Origin: Myxococcota bacterium
GTDB taxonomy: Bacteria; Myxococcota; JACRCW01
Length of the DNA stretch: 33,271 bases
NCBI GenBank assembly: GCA_040752415.1
Contig: JBFMGU010000116.1
Coordinates: forward strand, 1-33,271
Direction: 5' to 3'
This document shows, one piece after another, positions 1 through 9,968 of the stretch. The notes under the pieces are model-generated. The model was not told the origin of the DNA. It did no database searches and was given only the letters and a program-made list of their open reading frames with translations. Every line of letters begins with the position of its first letter. Position 1 is the stretch's first letter. The position numbers and the translations under genes are program-made.

Positions 1-54
1 AAGGGCAATTTCGCCCTTGGGGCCACACCAAGCCGGGGAATGCTGGAGTCATCC

Positions 55-387
55 GTGTACGCCATCGTGAACATCAGCGGGAAACAGTACCGCGTGGCCA
101 AGGGAGACCGGATCCGCGTGGATCTGCTGGACGCCAAGGGCCCCGGTGAGAAGGGCGAGGCCGGCGCGCAGGTCACCTTCAAGGACGTGCTGCTCATTGG
201 CGGCGAGGGCGGCGTGAAGGTGGGCACCCCCGTGGTTGCGGGCGCCTCCGTCACCGCCACCGTTGCCCGCCACGGCAAGGGCCCCAAGCTGTGGGCCTTC
301 AAGCGCAAGCGTCGCAAGGGCTTCCACAAGATCCGCGGTCACCGCCAGCCCTTCACGGAGCTGGAGATCAACGGCATCAGCGGCTGA
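55..387 (+). CDS. rplU: 50S ribosomal protein L21
   Basis: Motifs YAIV..GKQYRV..GD and KRRKG.HK.RGHRQPFT. Start placed at GTG 55 behind a GGAG Shine-Dalgarno at 45-48 rather than the track start at 40. Confidence 0.96.
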   Translation: MYAIVNISGKQYRVAKGDRIRVDLLDAKGPGEKGEAGAQVTFKDVLLIGGEGGVKVGTPVVAGASVTATVARHGKGPKLWAFKRKRRKGFHKIRGHRQPFTELEINGISG

Positions 388-430
388 CGCCGCCCGTCAC
401 CACCTCGCAAAGGACTGAGAGGGTAGAAAC

Positions 431-745
431 ATGGCTCACAAAAAAGGTGCAGGAACCACCAGGAACGGGCGCGACAGCAACCCGAAGTACCGTGGCGTCA
501 AGCGTCACGACGGATGCGACGTGAACGCGGGCGAAGTGCTGGTCCGCCAGAAGGGCACGCGCGTCCACCCGGGTCGGAATGTCGGCATTGGTCGGGACTT
601 CACGCTGTTCGCGCTCGTCACCGGTAAGGTGCACTACGAGCGTCGCGGCAAGGACAAGACGCAGGTCAGCGTGTACGGGCCGGAGGAGCTGGCTCGTCGT
701 CTGGCGGCCAAGGTCGAGAAGGCCGCGGCTCCCGCCAGCGCCTGA
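431..745 (+). CDS. rpmA: 50S ribosomal protein L27
   Basis: [23 protein letters not shown] ... [22 protein letters not shown]; canonical position after rplU; ~20 aa Ala/Lys-rich C-terminal tail. Confidence 0.97.
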   Translation: MAHKKGAGTTRNGRDSNPKYRGVKRHDGCDVNAGEVLVRQKGTRVHPGRNVGIGRDFTLFALVTGKVHYERRGKDKTQVSVYGPEELARRLAAKVEKAAAPASA

Positions 746-761
746 TCCGCCAACCCCACGC

Positions 762-821
762 AACACCCCATCCGGCCCCGCGGGACCCCTTCTGGCGGTT
801 CCCCTCGGGGCCGGATGTGTT
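762..821 (+). terminator. GC-rich stem-loop between rpmA and obgE (possible partial terminator or mRNA stabiliser)
   Basis: ATCCGGCCCCG (770-780) is the exact reverse complement of CGGGGCCGGAT (806-816); AACAC/GTGTT extends it; only a weak U-tail (GTGTTT). Confidence 0.5.
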
Positions 822-836
822 TGGGCTCTCTGCTGA

Positions 837-1961
<1,125 letters not shown>

Positions 1962-1963
1962 GC

Positions 1964-4900
1964 ATGTTGAGACATGGAAGGATGGGATGGGCCGCAAACG
2001 CGTTGCCCTGGATGGCGTTGTGTACCGCGCTGGGCACCGCCTGCACCACGACGGGCACCGAGACCAGCAGCACCAGCAGCAGCAGCGGAATCATTTCGGA
2101 GTCGTCCAGCAACTCGAGCAGCAGCGGCGCCAGTGGCAGCAGCAGCGACAGCACCAGTGGCAGCAGCAGCGGTGAGTCCAGCACCTCCACGTCCAGCGGC
2201 ACGCCGGGCTCGACGAGCTCCAGCGGCACGCCCGGATCGACGAGCTCCAGCGGCACGCCCGGATCGACGAGCTCCAGCGGCGCTCCCAGCTCCTCCTCGT
2301 CGGGGAACGGGTCCAGCAGCAGCGGCGGGGGCAGCTCATCCTCGTCGGGCGGCACGCTCACCGACTGCGGCCGCGTGCTCACTCCGCCCGCCACCGGCAC
2401 CTGCACGGTGACCGCCGGCGACGGCAACCTGCTCATTGAAGGCACCATCCTCACTGAGGGCGGCGCGCTGCACGGCGGCCAGGTCCTCGTCGACACCAAC
2501 GGCACCATCCAGTGCGCCGCGTGCGACTGCTCCGCCGCCAGCGGTGCTTCCGGGGCCACCAAGCTGAGCTGCGCGCACGGCGTCATCAGCCCCGGCCTCA
2601 TCAACGCGCATGACCACCTGACCTATGACCAGCTCGCGCCCTACGTCGCCACCGACGCGGATGAGCGCTACGAGCACCGCCATGACTGGCGTCGTGGTCT
2701 GCGCGGTCACACCGAGATCGACGCTCCCAGCGACCAGGCCAACGCGCCGGTGATTGCCGAGCTGCGCCAGGTCCTGGGCGGCGCCACGTCGGTGAACGGC
2801 AGCGGCGCGGCCAATGGCCTCATGCGCAACCTGGACCGCGCGAGCAACACCGAGGGGCTGGCCGGTGACGCGGTGGAGTACCAGACCTTCCCGCTGGGCG
2901 ACTCCAACGGGACCATGGAGACCAGCGGCTGCGCCTATCCGTCCATCGACACGCCCGCGGACTTTGCTGGCGCCAGCGCTTACACGCCGCACGTCAGCGA
3001 GGGCATCGACGACGCTGCGCGCAACGAGTTCCTGTGCGTCTCCTCGACGGACAACGGCGGCCAGGACCTGGTCACCGACAAGACCGCGTTGATCCACGGC
3101 GTGGGCCTGCGCGCGGTGGACCTGGCCATCATGGGTGCGGAAGGCACCGGCCTCATCTGGAGCCCGCGCTCCAACGTGAGCCTCTACGGCCACACCGCGC
3201 AGGTGACGCTGGCCCGCGCGCTGGGCGTGGAGATTGCGCTGGGCACGGACTGGACGCCCTCGGGCTCCATGAACGTGCTGCGTGAGCTTGCCTGCGCGGA
3301 CCAGCTCAATCAGAACAACTACGGCGGCGCCTTCTCCGACGAGGAGCTGTGGCGCATGGCCACCATCAGCGGCGCGCGCCTGCTGGGCGCCGGCGACCAG
3401 ATTGGCAGCCTGGCCAACGGCAAGAAGGCCGACATCACCGTCTTCCGCGGCGACGATCCCGCCGGAAGCGGCACCCGCAAGGACTGGCGCGCGGTCATCA
3501 CCGCGGAGCCCGCGGACGTGGTGCTGGTGCTGCGCGGCGGCGACGCCCTCACCGGCGACACCGAGGTCATGAACGCCCTGCCCGACACCGGTACCGGGTG
3601 TGAGACGCTGGACGTGTGCGGGACGCAGAAGAAGGTGTGCGCGCAGCGTGAGACGGGCAAGACGGTCTCCCAGATCACCAGCGGCGCACCGGACTACGCG
3701 TTGTTCTTCTGCAGCACGCCCCAGGATGAGCCCAGCTGCGTGCCCGTCCGTCCCGACGGCAACAGCTTTGCGTTCACCCCGGCGGGCGCCAATGACGCCG
3801 ACGGCGACGGCGTGCTCGACGGCGACGACAACTGTCCCACCGTCTTCAATCCCATCCGTCCGCTGGATGACGCCGCGCAAGCCGACCACGACGGCGACGG
3901 CGCGGGCGACGTGTGCGACGTGTGTCCGCTGGACCCCAACAGCACCACCTGCACGCCGCCGGACCCCAATGACCAGGACGGCGACGGCGTGCCCAACGGG
4001 ACCGACAACTGTCCCTCCGACTCCAACCCCAACCAGGAGGACAACGACACCGACGGGAAGGGCAACGTGTGCGACCCGTGCCCCGACGCCTCCAACCCCG
4101 GCACGGCGGCCTGCCCGGCCACGGTCTACGAGGTGAAGCAGGGCACCGCGACCGGCCCGGTGGCGCTGAGCAACATGCTGGTCACTGCCGTGGGGCCCAC
4201 GGGCTTCTTCGCACAGACCATCGACGGGGACCCGGACTACGACACCGTGCTGGGCGTGAACTACTCGGGCGTGTTCTTCTACACGGGCACCGGCGGCACG
4301 AATCCCGCGGTGGGTGACCGCATCAACGTCGCCACCGGGACCGCCACGGACTTCTTTGGCCAGAAGCAGGTCACCTACCCGGAGTACACCGTGGTGTCCT
4401 CAGGCAATGCGCTTCCCACGCCGGAGCTGGTGCCCAACCCCGCGGACATCGCCACGGGCGGATCCCTGGCGGGCGCGCTGGAGGCCGTGCTGGTGCGCGT
4501 CAACGACGTCACCGTCACGGAGATCATCACCACGCCCGGTGCGGGTGAGACGCTCGACCCCAAGGAGTTCGCCGTGACGGGCAACCTGCGGGTCAATGAC
4601 TACCTGTACCTCGCAGACCCCTTCCCCGCCGTGAACGAGCAGCTCACCTACGTGCAGGGCGTGCTGCGCTTCGCCAACGGGAACTCCAAGGTGGAGCCGC
4701 GCGGCGCGGAGGACCTGGGCACCACGCTGCAGGTCATCTCGCTCACTCCCGCGTTCGTGTTTGTCGACGAGGGAGCCACGGTCACCGACGCGCTCACCGT
4801 CACGCTGAACCGCCCCGCGGACTCCGCCACCGACATCAACGTGCAGTCCAGCGACGCCGCCGCCACGGTGCCCGCCACGGTGCAGGTTGCCGCGGGTCAG

Positions 4901-5839
4901 AGCACGGCGCTCATCCCGGTGACGGGAGTCTCGCAGGCTGCGTCGGTGACCATCACCGCCAGCTACGACACCTCGTCAGCGCAGGCCACGGTGCGCGTCA
5001 TTGGCGCCGCGGAGCTGCCCGTGCCGGTGTCCCTCACGCCGCAGGACCCCACCGTGCGCGTGGACACCACCCAGGACTTCACCGTCACGCTGGACATCCC
5101 GGCGCGGACCGGTGGCACCGTCGTGGATCTGGCGGTGACCGGCGTGGGCTCGGTGGGCGCGAGCGTCACCGTCCCCGAGGGTGAGCTGAGCACCACGTTC
5201 ACGTACACCGCCGGAAACACCGAGGGCGCGGCCACCATCACCGCCACCGCCAACAGCACCTCGGTCACCACCGACGTCACCGTCAGCGCCGCGCCGCTGG
5301 GCGGCCTGGTGATCAACGAGGTGGACTACGACCAGCTCAACAGCGACGTGAACGAGTTCATTGAGCTGTACAACGGGACCGGCGCGCCGCTGGACGCCTC
5401 CACGTACACGCTGGTGCTCTGCAACGGGAACGGCGGCGTTCCGTACCTGGAGTTCCCCCTCAGCGGGACCATCCCCGCCAACGGGTATCTCGTGGTGGCC
5501 ACCAACACCGTGACGGTGGATGCCGCGGCGGTGGTGATGCGCTTCGCGGCCGCGCAGGACAACATCCAGAACGGTGCTCCCGACGGCGTCGCGCTTATCG
5601 ACACCACGGGTGGGACCGTCGTGGATGCGCTGTCCTATGAGGGCTCGCTCACCTGCACCATCCCGAACTTGGGCGCGGTGAACCTGGTGGAAGGCACGGC
5701 TGCCACGGCCGCGGATGAGAACGTCGACGGGAAGAGCGTCATCCGCAATCCCAACGGCACCGACTCCGGCGATGCCTCCGCGGACTGGCGCCTCACCACC
5801 ACGGTGACGCCGGGCGCGGCCAACGTGCTCACGCCGTGA
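1964..5839 (+). CDS. Large secreted lipoprotein: metal-dependent amidohydrolase with thrombospondin type-3-like repeats, Ig-like region and C-terminal lamin-tail-like domain
   Basis: Lipobox LGTAC, then a Ser/Gly/Thr linker. Amidohydrolase motifs PGLINAHDH, HVSEG, IHGVG, LGTDW. DxDGDG...DNCP repeats. Thr/Val-rich beta segments. C-terminal LVINEVDYD...EFIELYN...GYLVVA. Confidence 0.85.
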   Translation: MLRHGRMGWAANALPWMALCTALGTACTTTGTETSSTSSSSGIISESSSNSSSSGASGSSSDSTSGSSSGESSTSTSSGTPGSTSSSGTPGSTSSSGTPGSTSSSGAPSSSSSGNGSSSSGGGSSSSSGGTLTDCGRVLTPPATGTCTVTAGDGNLLIEGTILTEGGALHGGQVLVDTNGTIQCAACDCSAASGASGATKLSCAHGVISPGLINAHDHLTYDQLAPYVATDADERYEHRHDWRRGLRGHTEIDAPSDQANAPVIAELRQVLGGATSVNGSGAANGLMRNLDRASNTEGLAGDAVEYQTFPLGDSNGTMETSGCAYPSIDTPADFAGASAYTPHVSEGIDDAARNEFLCVSSTDNGGQDLVTDKTALIHGVGLRAVDLAIMGAEGTGLIWSPRSNVSLYGHTAQVTLARALGVEIALGTDWTPSGSMNVLRELACADQLNQNNYGGAFSDEELWRMATISGARLLGAGDQIGSLANGKKADITVFRGDDPAGSGTRKDWRAVITAEPADVVLVLRGGDALTGDTEVMNALPDTGTGCETLDVCGTQKKVCAQRETGKTVSQITSGAPDYALFFCSTPQDEPSCVPVRPDGNSFAFTPAGANDADGDGVLDGDDNCPTVFNPIRPLDDAAQADHDGDGAGDVCDVCPLDPNSTTCTPPDPNDQDGDGVPNGTDNCPSDSNPNQEDNDTDGKGNVCDPCPDASNPGTAACPATVYEVKQGTATGPVALSNMLVTAVGPTGFFAQTIDGDPDYDTVLGVNYSGVFFYTGTGGTNPAVGDRINVATGTATDFFGQKQVTYPEYTVVSSGNALPTPELVPNPADIATGGSLAGALEAVLVRVNDVTVTEIITTPGAGETLDPKEFAVTGNLRVNDYLYLADPFPAVNEQLTYVQGVLRFANGNSKVEPRGAEDLGTTLQVISLTPAFVFVDEGATVTDALTVTLNRPADSATDINVQSSDAAATVPATVQVAAGQSTALIPVTGVSQAASVTITASYDTSSAQATVRVIGAAELPVPVSLTPQDPTVRVDTTQDFTVTLDIPARTGGTVVDLAVTGVGSVGASVTVPEGELSTTFTYTAGNTEGAATITATANSTSVTTDVTVSAAPLGGLVINEVDYDQLNSDVNEFIELYNGTGAPLDASTYTLVLCNGNGGVPYLEFPLSGTIPANGYLVVATNTVTVDAAAVVMRFAAAQDNIQNGAPDGVALIDTTGGTVVDALSYEGSLTCTIPNLGAVNLVEGTAATAADENVDGKSVIRNPNGTDSGDASADWRLTTTVTPGAANVLTP
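2192..2281 (+). repeat. 27-bp tandem repeat (~3.3 copies) encoding SSGTPGSTS in the linker
   Basis: TCCAGCGGCACGCC(G/C)GG(C/A)TCGACGAGC units begin at 2192, 2219 and 2246, with a partial copy at 2273. Confidence 0.9.
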
Positions 5840-5846
5840 CGACGTA

Positions 5847-5886
5847 GGAACGGGCGCTCGGTCACCACCTCACCGGGCGCCCTTCC
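5847..5886. terminator. Hairpin between convergent genes (putative terminator)
   Basis: GGGCGCTCGGT (5852-5862) pairs with ACCGGGCGCCC (5872-5882) with one G-U; GGAA/TTCC flanks. Confidence 0.55.
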
Positions 5887-5893
5887 CTCTCCC

Positions 5894-7390
5894 TCACTTG
5901 GGCGGGTGCGCCCCCTCGACAATGCGCGCCCACAGGTACGCTGGCGGCAACACCGGCCACATCAACGTCGCCACCAGCGACATCAGCCAGCGCGGGTACT
6001 GCGGCGCCTTGACCGGCGTGGGCAGCGTCTTGCCGTGGTCCGCGGCCAGCGCCTGCGCGGCCATCATGGCGGCGTACGTGGCGCTCTCCATGCCCATCAG
6101 GTCATACGGACTCTTGGCCCAGTCACACGCAAAGAACAGGTTCCCCACCGTCTTGCTGCGCGGCTTGGGCCGGTACTGCCACGACGCAATGTCGTTGATG
6201 GTCAGCGGCGCCACCACGTTGGGAATCACGTGGTACTCCTGCACGTCCGACGCGGTGATGCCCGTGAACTGCGCCAGCTCATCCATGATCGCAGTGAACT
6301 GATCCGCCTCGGAGAGGCTCTGCAGGTTGGCGCTAAGGGCCACCACCACGGAGAGCTCCGTCGTGGGCGGCGGGTTGGGCACCAGCTGCGACATGTCCAC
6401 GAACGACAGTCCCCACTTCCCGCCCTTCAGGAACACGGGGTCCTTGGGAATGTCGGTGCGCTTGGTCTTCAGCGCCAGGTGCACGCTGCCCATGGGGACG
6501 GTGCGGAGCTGCCACAGCGTCGAGGTGATGGTGTCCGCCTGCATCAGGTCCCAGCTTGCCATGGGGCGCAGGTGCTCAGGCGGGATGGCGCTGACCAGCG
6601 CGTCGGGCGTGTACGTGTGCGTGACCTGGTTGGCATCCACGGTGTCGACGGAGCTGATGCGGTTGCCGCTCACGCGGATGGCCGTGGCCCGCTCATTGAG
6701 GGACATCTTCACGCCCTTCTGCTGCGCGTAGGCCACCAGCGGATCAATGAACGTGGTCTGCATGGGACCGGGCAGCACGCTCATGAACGGGGATGGCGTG
6801 CGGCCCCAGTTGCGCATCACGTTCTGCCACGTCATGGCGCTCATGTCCGACGACGCCACCGCCGTGCCCTTCAGCATGGAGTCGGTGTCCAGGTCCAGGA
6901 TCTCCTGCGTGATGTACCACTGCCCACGCATCAGCGCGGTGCGGCCAATGCGGTCCAGCTCCGCGTTCTTCTTGAGAACCTGCCCCATGGCCCACGTCAG
7001 GAAGCGCAGGTACAGGAGCATCTGCGCCGGCGGCAGCACGCCGGAGAAGATCATCTTGAGATCCTCCAGCGGATTGAACGGGTTCTTGGGCAGGAACAGC
7101 TTCTTGGCGTTGGCCATGCCGCCGGCGGGGAGCTTGTCGACGAAGACGGACGCGTCGAAGTCCACCAGCGTGATGCCCAGCTTTTGCAGCCAGCCGCGCA
7201 GGTTGAAATAGAACGCCGGGAATCCGTGCCAGCCGTGATCCCACCAGCGGCCGTTGATGAAGTAGCTGCCTGCCTTGCCGCCGTAGCGGTCGGAGGCCTC
7301 CACCAACGTCACGTCAAAGCCCACCTCCGCCAGGGACGTGGCCGAGATCAAGCCGCCCAGACCGCCGCCCAACACCAAAACCTTGGTCAT
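5894..7390 (-). CDS. FAD-dependent oxidoreductase (amine oxidase / carotenoid desaturase-like family)
   Basis: Rossmann VLVLGGGLGGL...VEASDRYGGK, DHGWHGF motif, C-terminal NLFFACDW...MESA; GAGGAGG SD upstream. Confidence 0.8.
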   Translation of the reverse strand: MTKVLVLGGGLGGLISATSLAEVGFDVTLVEASDRYGGKAGSYFINGRWWDHGWHGFPAFYFNLRGWLQKLGITLVDFDASVFVDKLPAGGMANAKKLFLPKNPFNPLEDLKMIFSGVLPPAQMLLYLRFLTWAMGQVLKKNAELDRIGRTALMRGQWYITQEILDLDTDSMLKGTAVASSDMSAMTWQNVMRNWGRTPSPFMSVLPGPMQTTFIDPLVAYAQQKGVKMSLNERATAIRVSGNRISSVDTVDANQVTHTYTPDALVSAIPPEHLRPMASWDLMQADTITSTLWQLRTVPMGSVHLALKTKRTDIPKDPVFLKGGKWGLSFVDMSQLVPNPPPTTELSVVVALSANLQSLSEADQFTAIMDELAQFTGITASDVQEYHVIPNVVAPLTINDIASWQYRPKPRSKTVGNLFFACDWAKSPYDLMGMESATYAAMMAAQALAADHGKTLPTPVKAPQYPRWLMSLVATLMWPVLPPAYLWARIVEGAHPPK

Positions 7391-7527
7391 GCCCGTGCCT
7401 CCTCGACGCCACTCCTAGGGCAATCACGAACGCGGCACGAATTTTCCGACGAGGAAACCCGGCGCAGGATTTGCGTGACATCGTCCTGCGACGACGTCAG
7501 CGGGAGTTGGGTGGTGGTGGAGGGGTT

Positions 7528-7570
7528 GCGCTCACGGGCCATCACCGACGTGGGCGACGGCCCGGAGCGC
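7528..7570 (-). terminator. Hairpin downstream of the VOC gene
   Basis: GCGCTC/GAGCGC and CGGGCC/GGCCCG arms; the inner stem closes with G-U pairs only on the minus strand; no U tract. Confidence 0.45.
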
Positions 7571-7578
7571 GGCGTGAA

Positions 7579-8004
7579 TCAACGACGGGACTTCTTGGCG
7601 GTCTTCTTGGCGGGCTTGCGCGCGCTGGCCTTGCGGGGCGCGGCCTTGGCGGCCTCCCAGACGCCCAGCGTGGCGCCGGAGGGGTCGGTGAAGATGCCCA
7701 GCGCGCCCATGTCCGGGATGGGCTGGTAGTCGATCAGGATCTGCGCGCCCATCTTCTTGGCCTTGGCAATGGTCTTCTTCACGTCGTCAACCTGCACGTA
7801 CGGAAGCCAGTTGGAGGGCATGGGAGACATGTTCTTCTGCATGCCGCCGCCCATGTCCTTCTTGCCAAAGTCGATCATGGCATAGGTCATTCCCGGACCC
7901 AGCTTCATGTCGGAGACCTTCCACTGGAAGAGTCCCTTGTAGAACTTCTTGGCCTTGGAAACGTCGTCGGTGCTCAGCTCGATGTGAACAAACGGGTTGC
8001 CCAT
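7579..8004 (-). CDS. VOC (glyoxalase/bleomycin resistance) family protein
   Basis: PFVHIEL...AKKFYKGLFQW, WLPYVQVDDV, FTDPSGATLGVWE; GGAGG SD; basic Lys/Ala tail. Confidence 0.9.
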   Translation of the reverse strand: MGNPFVHIELSTDDVSKAKKFYKGLFQWKVSDMKLGPGMTYAMIDFGKKDMGGGMQKNMSPMPSNWLPYVQVDDVKKTIAKAKKMGAQILIDYQPIPDMGALGIFTDPSGATLGVWEAAKAAPRKASARKPAKKTAKKSRR

Positions 8005-8089
8005 GGAGATCCTCCGTGAAGGGCTGAAGAAGCGCGCGCGACCCTAGCCGCATGCGCCAGTGATCGCCATCCGCGGAAAACCGCCAGGC

Positions 8090-8965
8090 TCAACGTCGCG
8101 ACTGCTCGACCGCCCGCGTCAACAACGCCGCCGCACGCCCCGCCGCCAGCTCCAATCGCTCCCTCGCCAGACGAGACAGGGGCATGCACTTCAGCTTCTC
8201 GCGCGCGCGTGTCGTCGGAACCGGGCCGCGACACACCGCGTGCGCACCCGGCCGCGGGGAACGACACCCCAGGTCCGTGGCCAGCACCGTGGCCGCTTCC
8301 GTGTGACTCTCCAACAGTGCCTGCATGGCCACCTCCGCCGCGGTCTCGTCTTGGATTGGCGCGCGCGTGGCCTGCTCCGGCCGTGACTGCACGCACCGGT
8401 CCAGCAGATCCGTCTCGAACGCGTGGTGCACGCCCTTCCCGCCCGAGGAGAGCCCGTCATACGCGTCGGTGGCGTGCAGCGGTTGGTGCGCGTCCGCCAG
8501 GTAGTGGAGGAGATCCGCGGTCAGCGTCACCGTCGTGGCGCGGTCATTGCGGCGCAGCGCGTCGACGAGACCGGCGTACACCTCGTCCAGCGCCAGCGGC
8601 AGCGTGCCTTCCCGCGGGTGCTGCGGAGCGCGCTCACGCAACGTGGCCAGCAGCGCTTGACGACGGGAGCGCGAGACATCCGGCGCTTCGCGCTCGCGGG
8701 TGACGTCGGGGAGGGGCAGGCCCAGCGCCTCCAGGTCCAGGTAGTGACGCGGACGTTCGCCGGGGACCTCGCTGGAGCTGATGTCGGGAGCCATGATGGC
8801 GTCGACGATCTGGTCGCGCAGCGGGTCAAACACCTTGCGCGCGTCGCCGGAGAGCGCATCCAGGGTTCGTTGCGCCATCTCCCGGTGGCCGCGACCGCCC
8901 CAACCCGCTGCCACCACCGGGACGAGGACGAGCGCAACGAGCGTGAGACGTGAAAGCAGTTGCAT
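8090..8965 (-). CDS. Secreted S1/P1 nuclease / Zn-dependent phospholipase C family protein
   Basis: Signal peptide followed by the mature N-terminal W..RGH; HYLD, LLHYLADAHQPLH and VHHAFE zinc-ligand motifs. Confidence 0.8.
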   Translation of the reverse strand: MQLLSRLTLVALVLVPVVAAGWGGRGHREMAQRTLDALSGDARKVFDPLRDQIVDAIMAPDISSSEVPGERPRHYLDLEALGLPLPDVTREREAPDVSRSRRQALLATLRERAPQHPREGTLPLALDEVYAGLVDALRRNDRATTVTLTADLLHYLADAHQPLHATDAYDGLSSGGKGVHHAFETDLLDRCVQSRPEQATRAPIQDETAAEVAMQALLESHTEAATVLATDLGCRSPRPGAHAVCRGPVPTTRAREKLKCMPLSRLARERLELAAGRAAALLTRAVEQSRR

Positions 8966-9021
8966 GCAGGCAGCTCCGGTAGCAGGTTGCGCGCCCCATC
9001 AGAACCCACGCGGAGAATGCC

Positions 9022-9804
<783 letters not shown>

Positions 9805-9814
9805 TCGCAGCCGG

Positions 9815-9923
9815 GTTGTGCCCACCGTGCACAACTTGGGCCTCCAGGGCCCGGTCCGGCACAACATTCTGATTCGCCAAGCCGTTGGAATTGCTGGGTT
9901 TTCCACCTGGCCCGCGCGCTGCA
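9815..9923 (+). promoter_or_regulatory. Putative sigma54 promoter with IHF-like site and upstream palindrome
   Basis: TGGCCCGCGCGCTGCA (9908-9923, GG-N10-GC); IHF-like TTCCAACGGCTTG on the minus strand (9878-9890); palindrome GTTGTGC-N7-GCACAAC (9815-9835). Confidence 0.6.
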
Positions 9924-9968
9924 ATCCAGGCGTGCAGCCGGGCCGGAAGGCCCCCAACGGAGGCGAGC

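Noticed and set aside
1..18. AAGGGC/GCCCTT hairpin upstream of rplU as a ribosomal-protein leader
   Set aside because: Only a 6-bp stem and cut by the window edge; cannot be evaluated.
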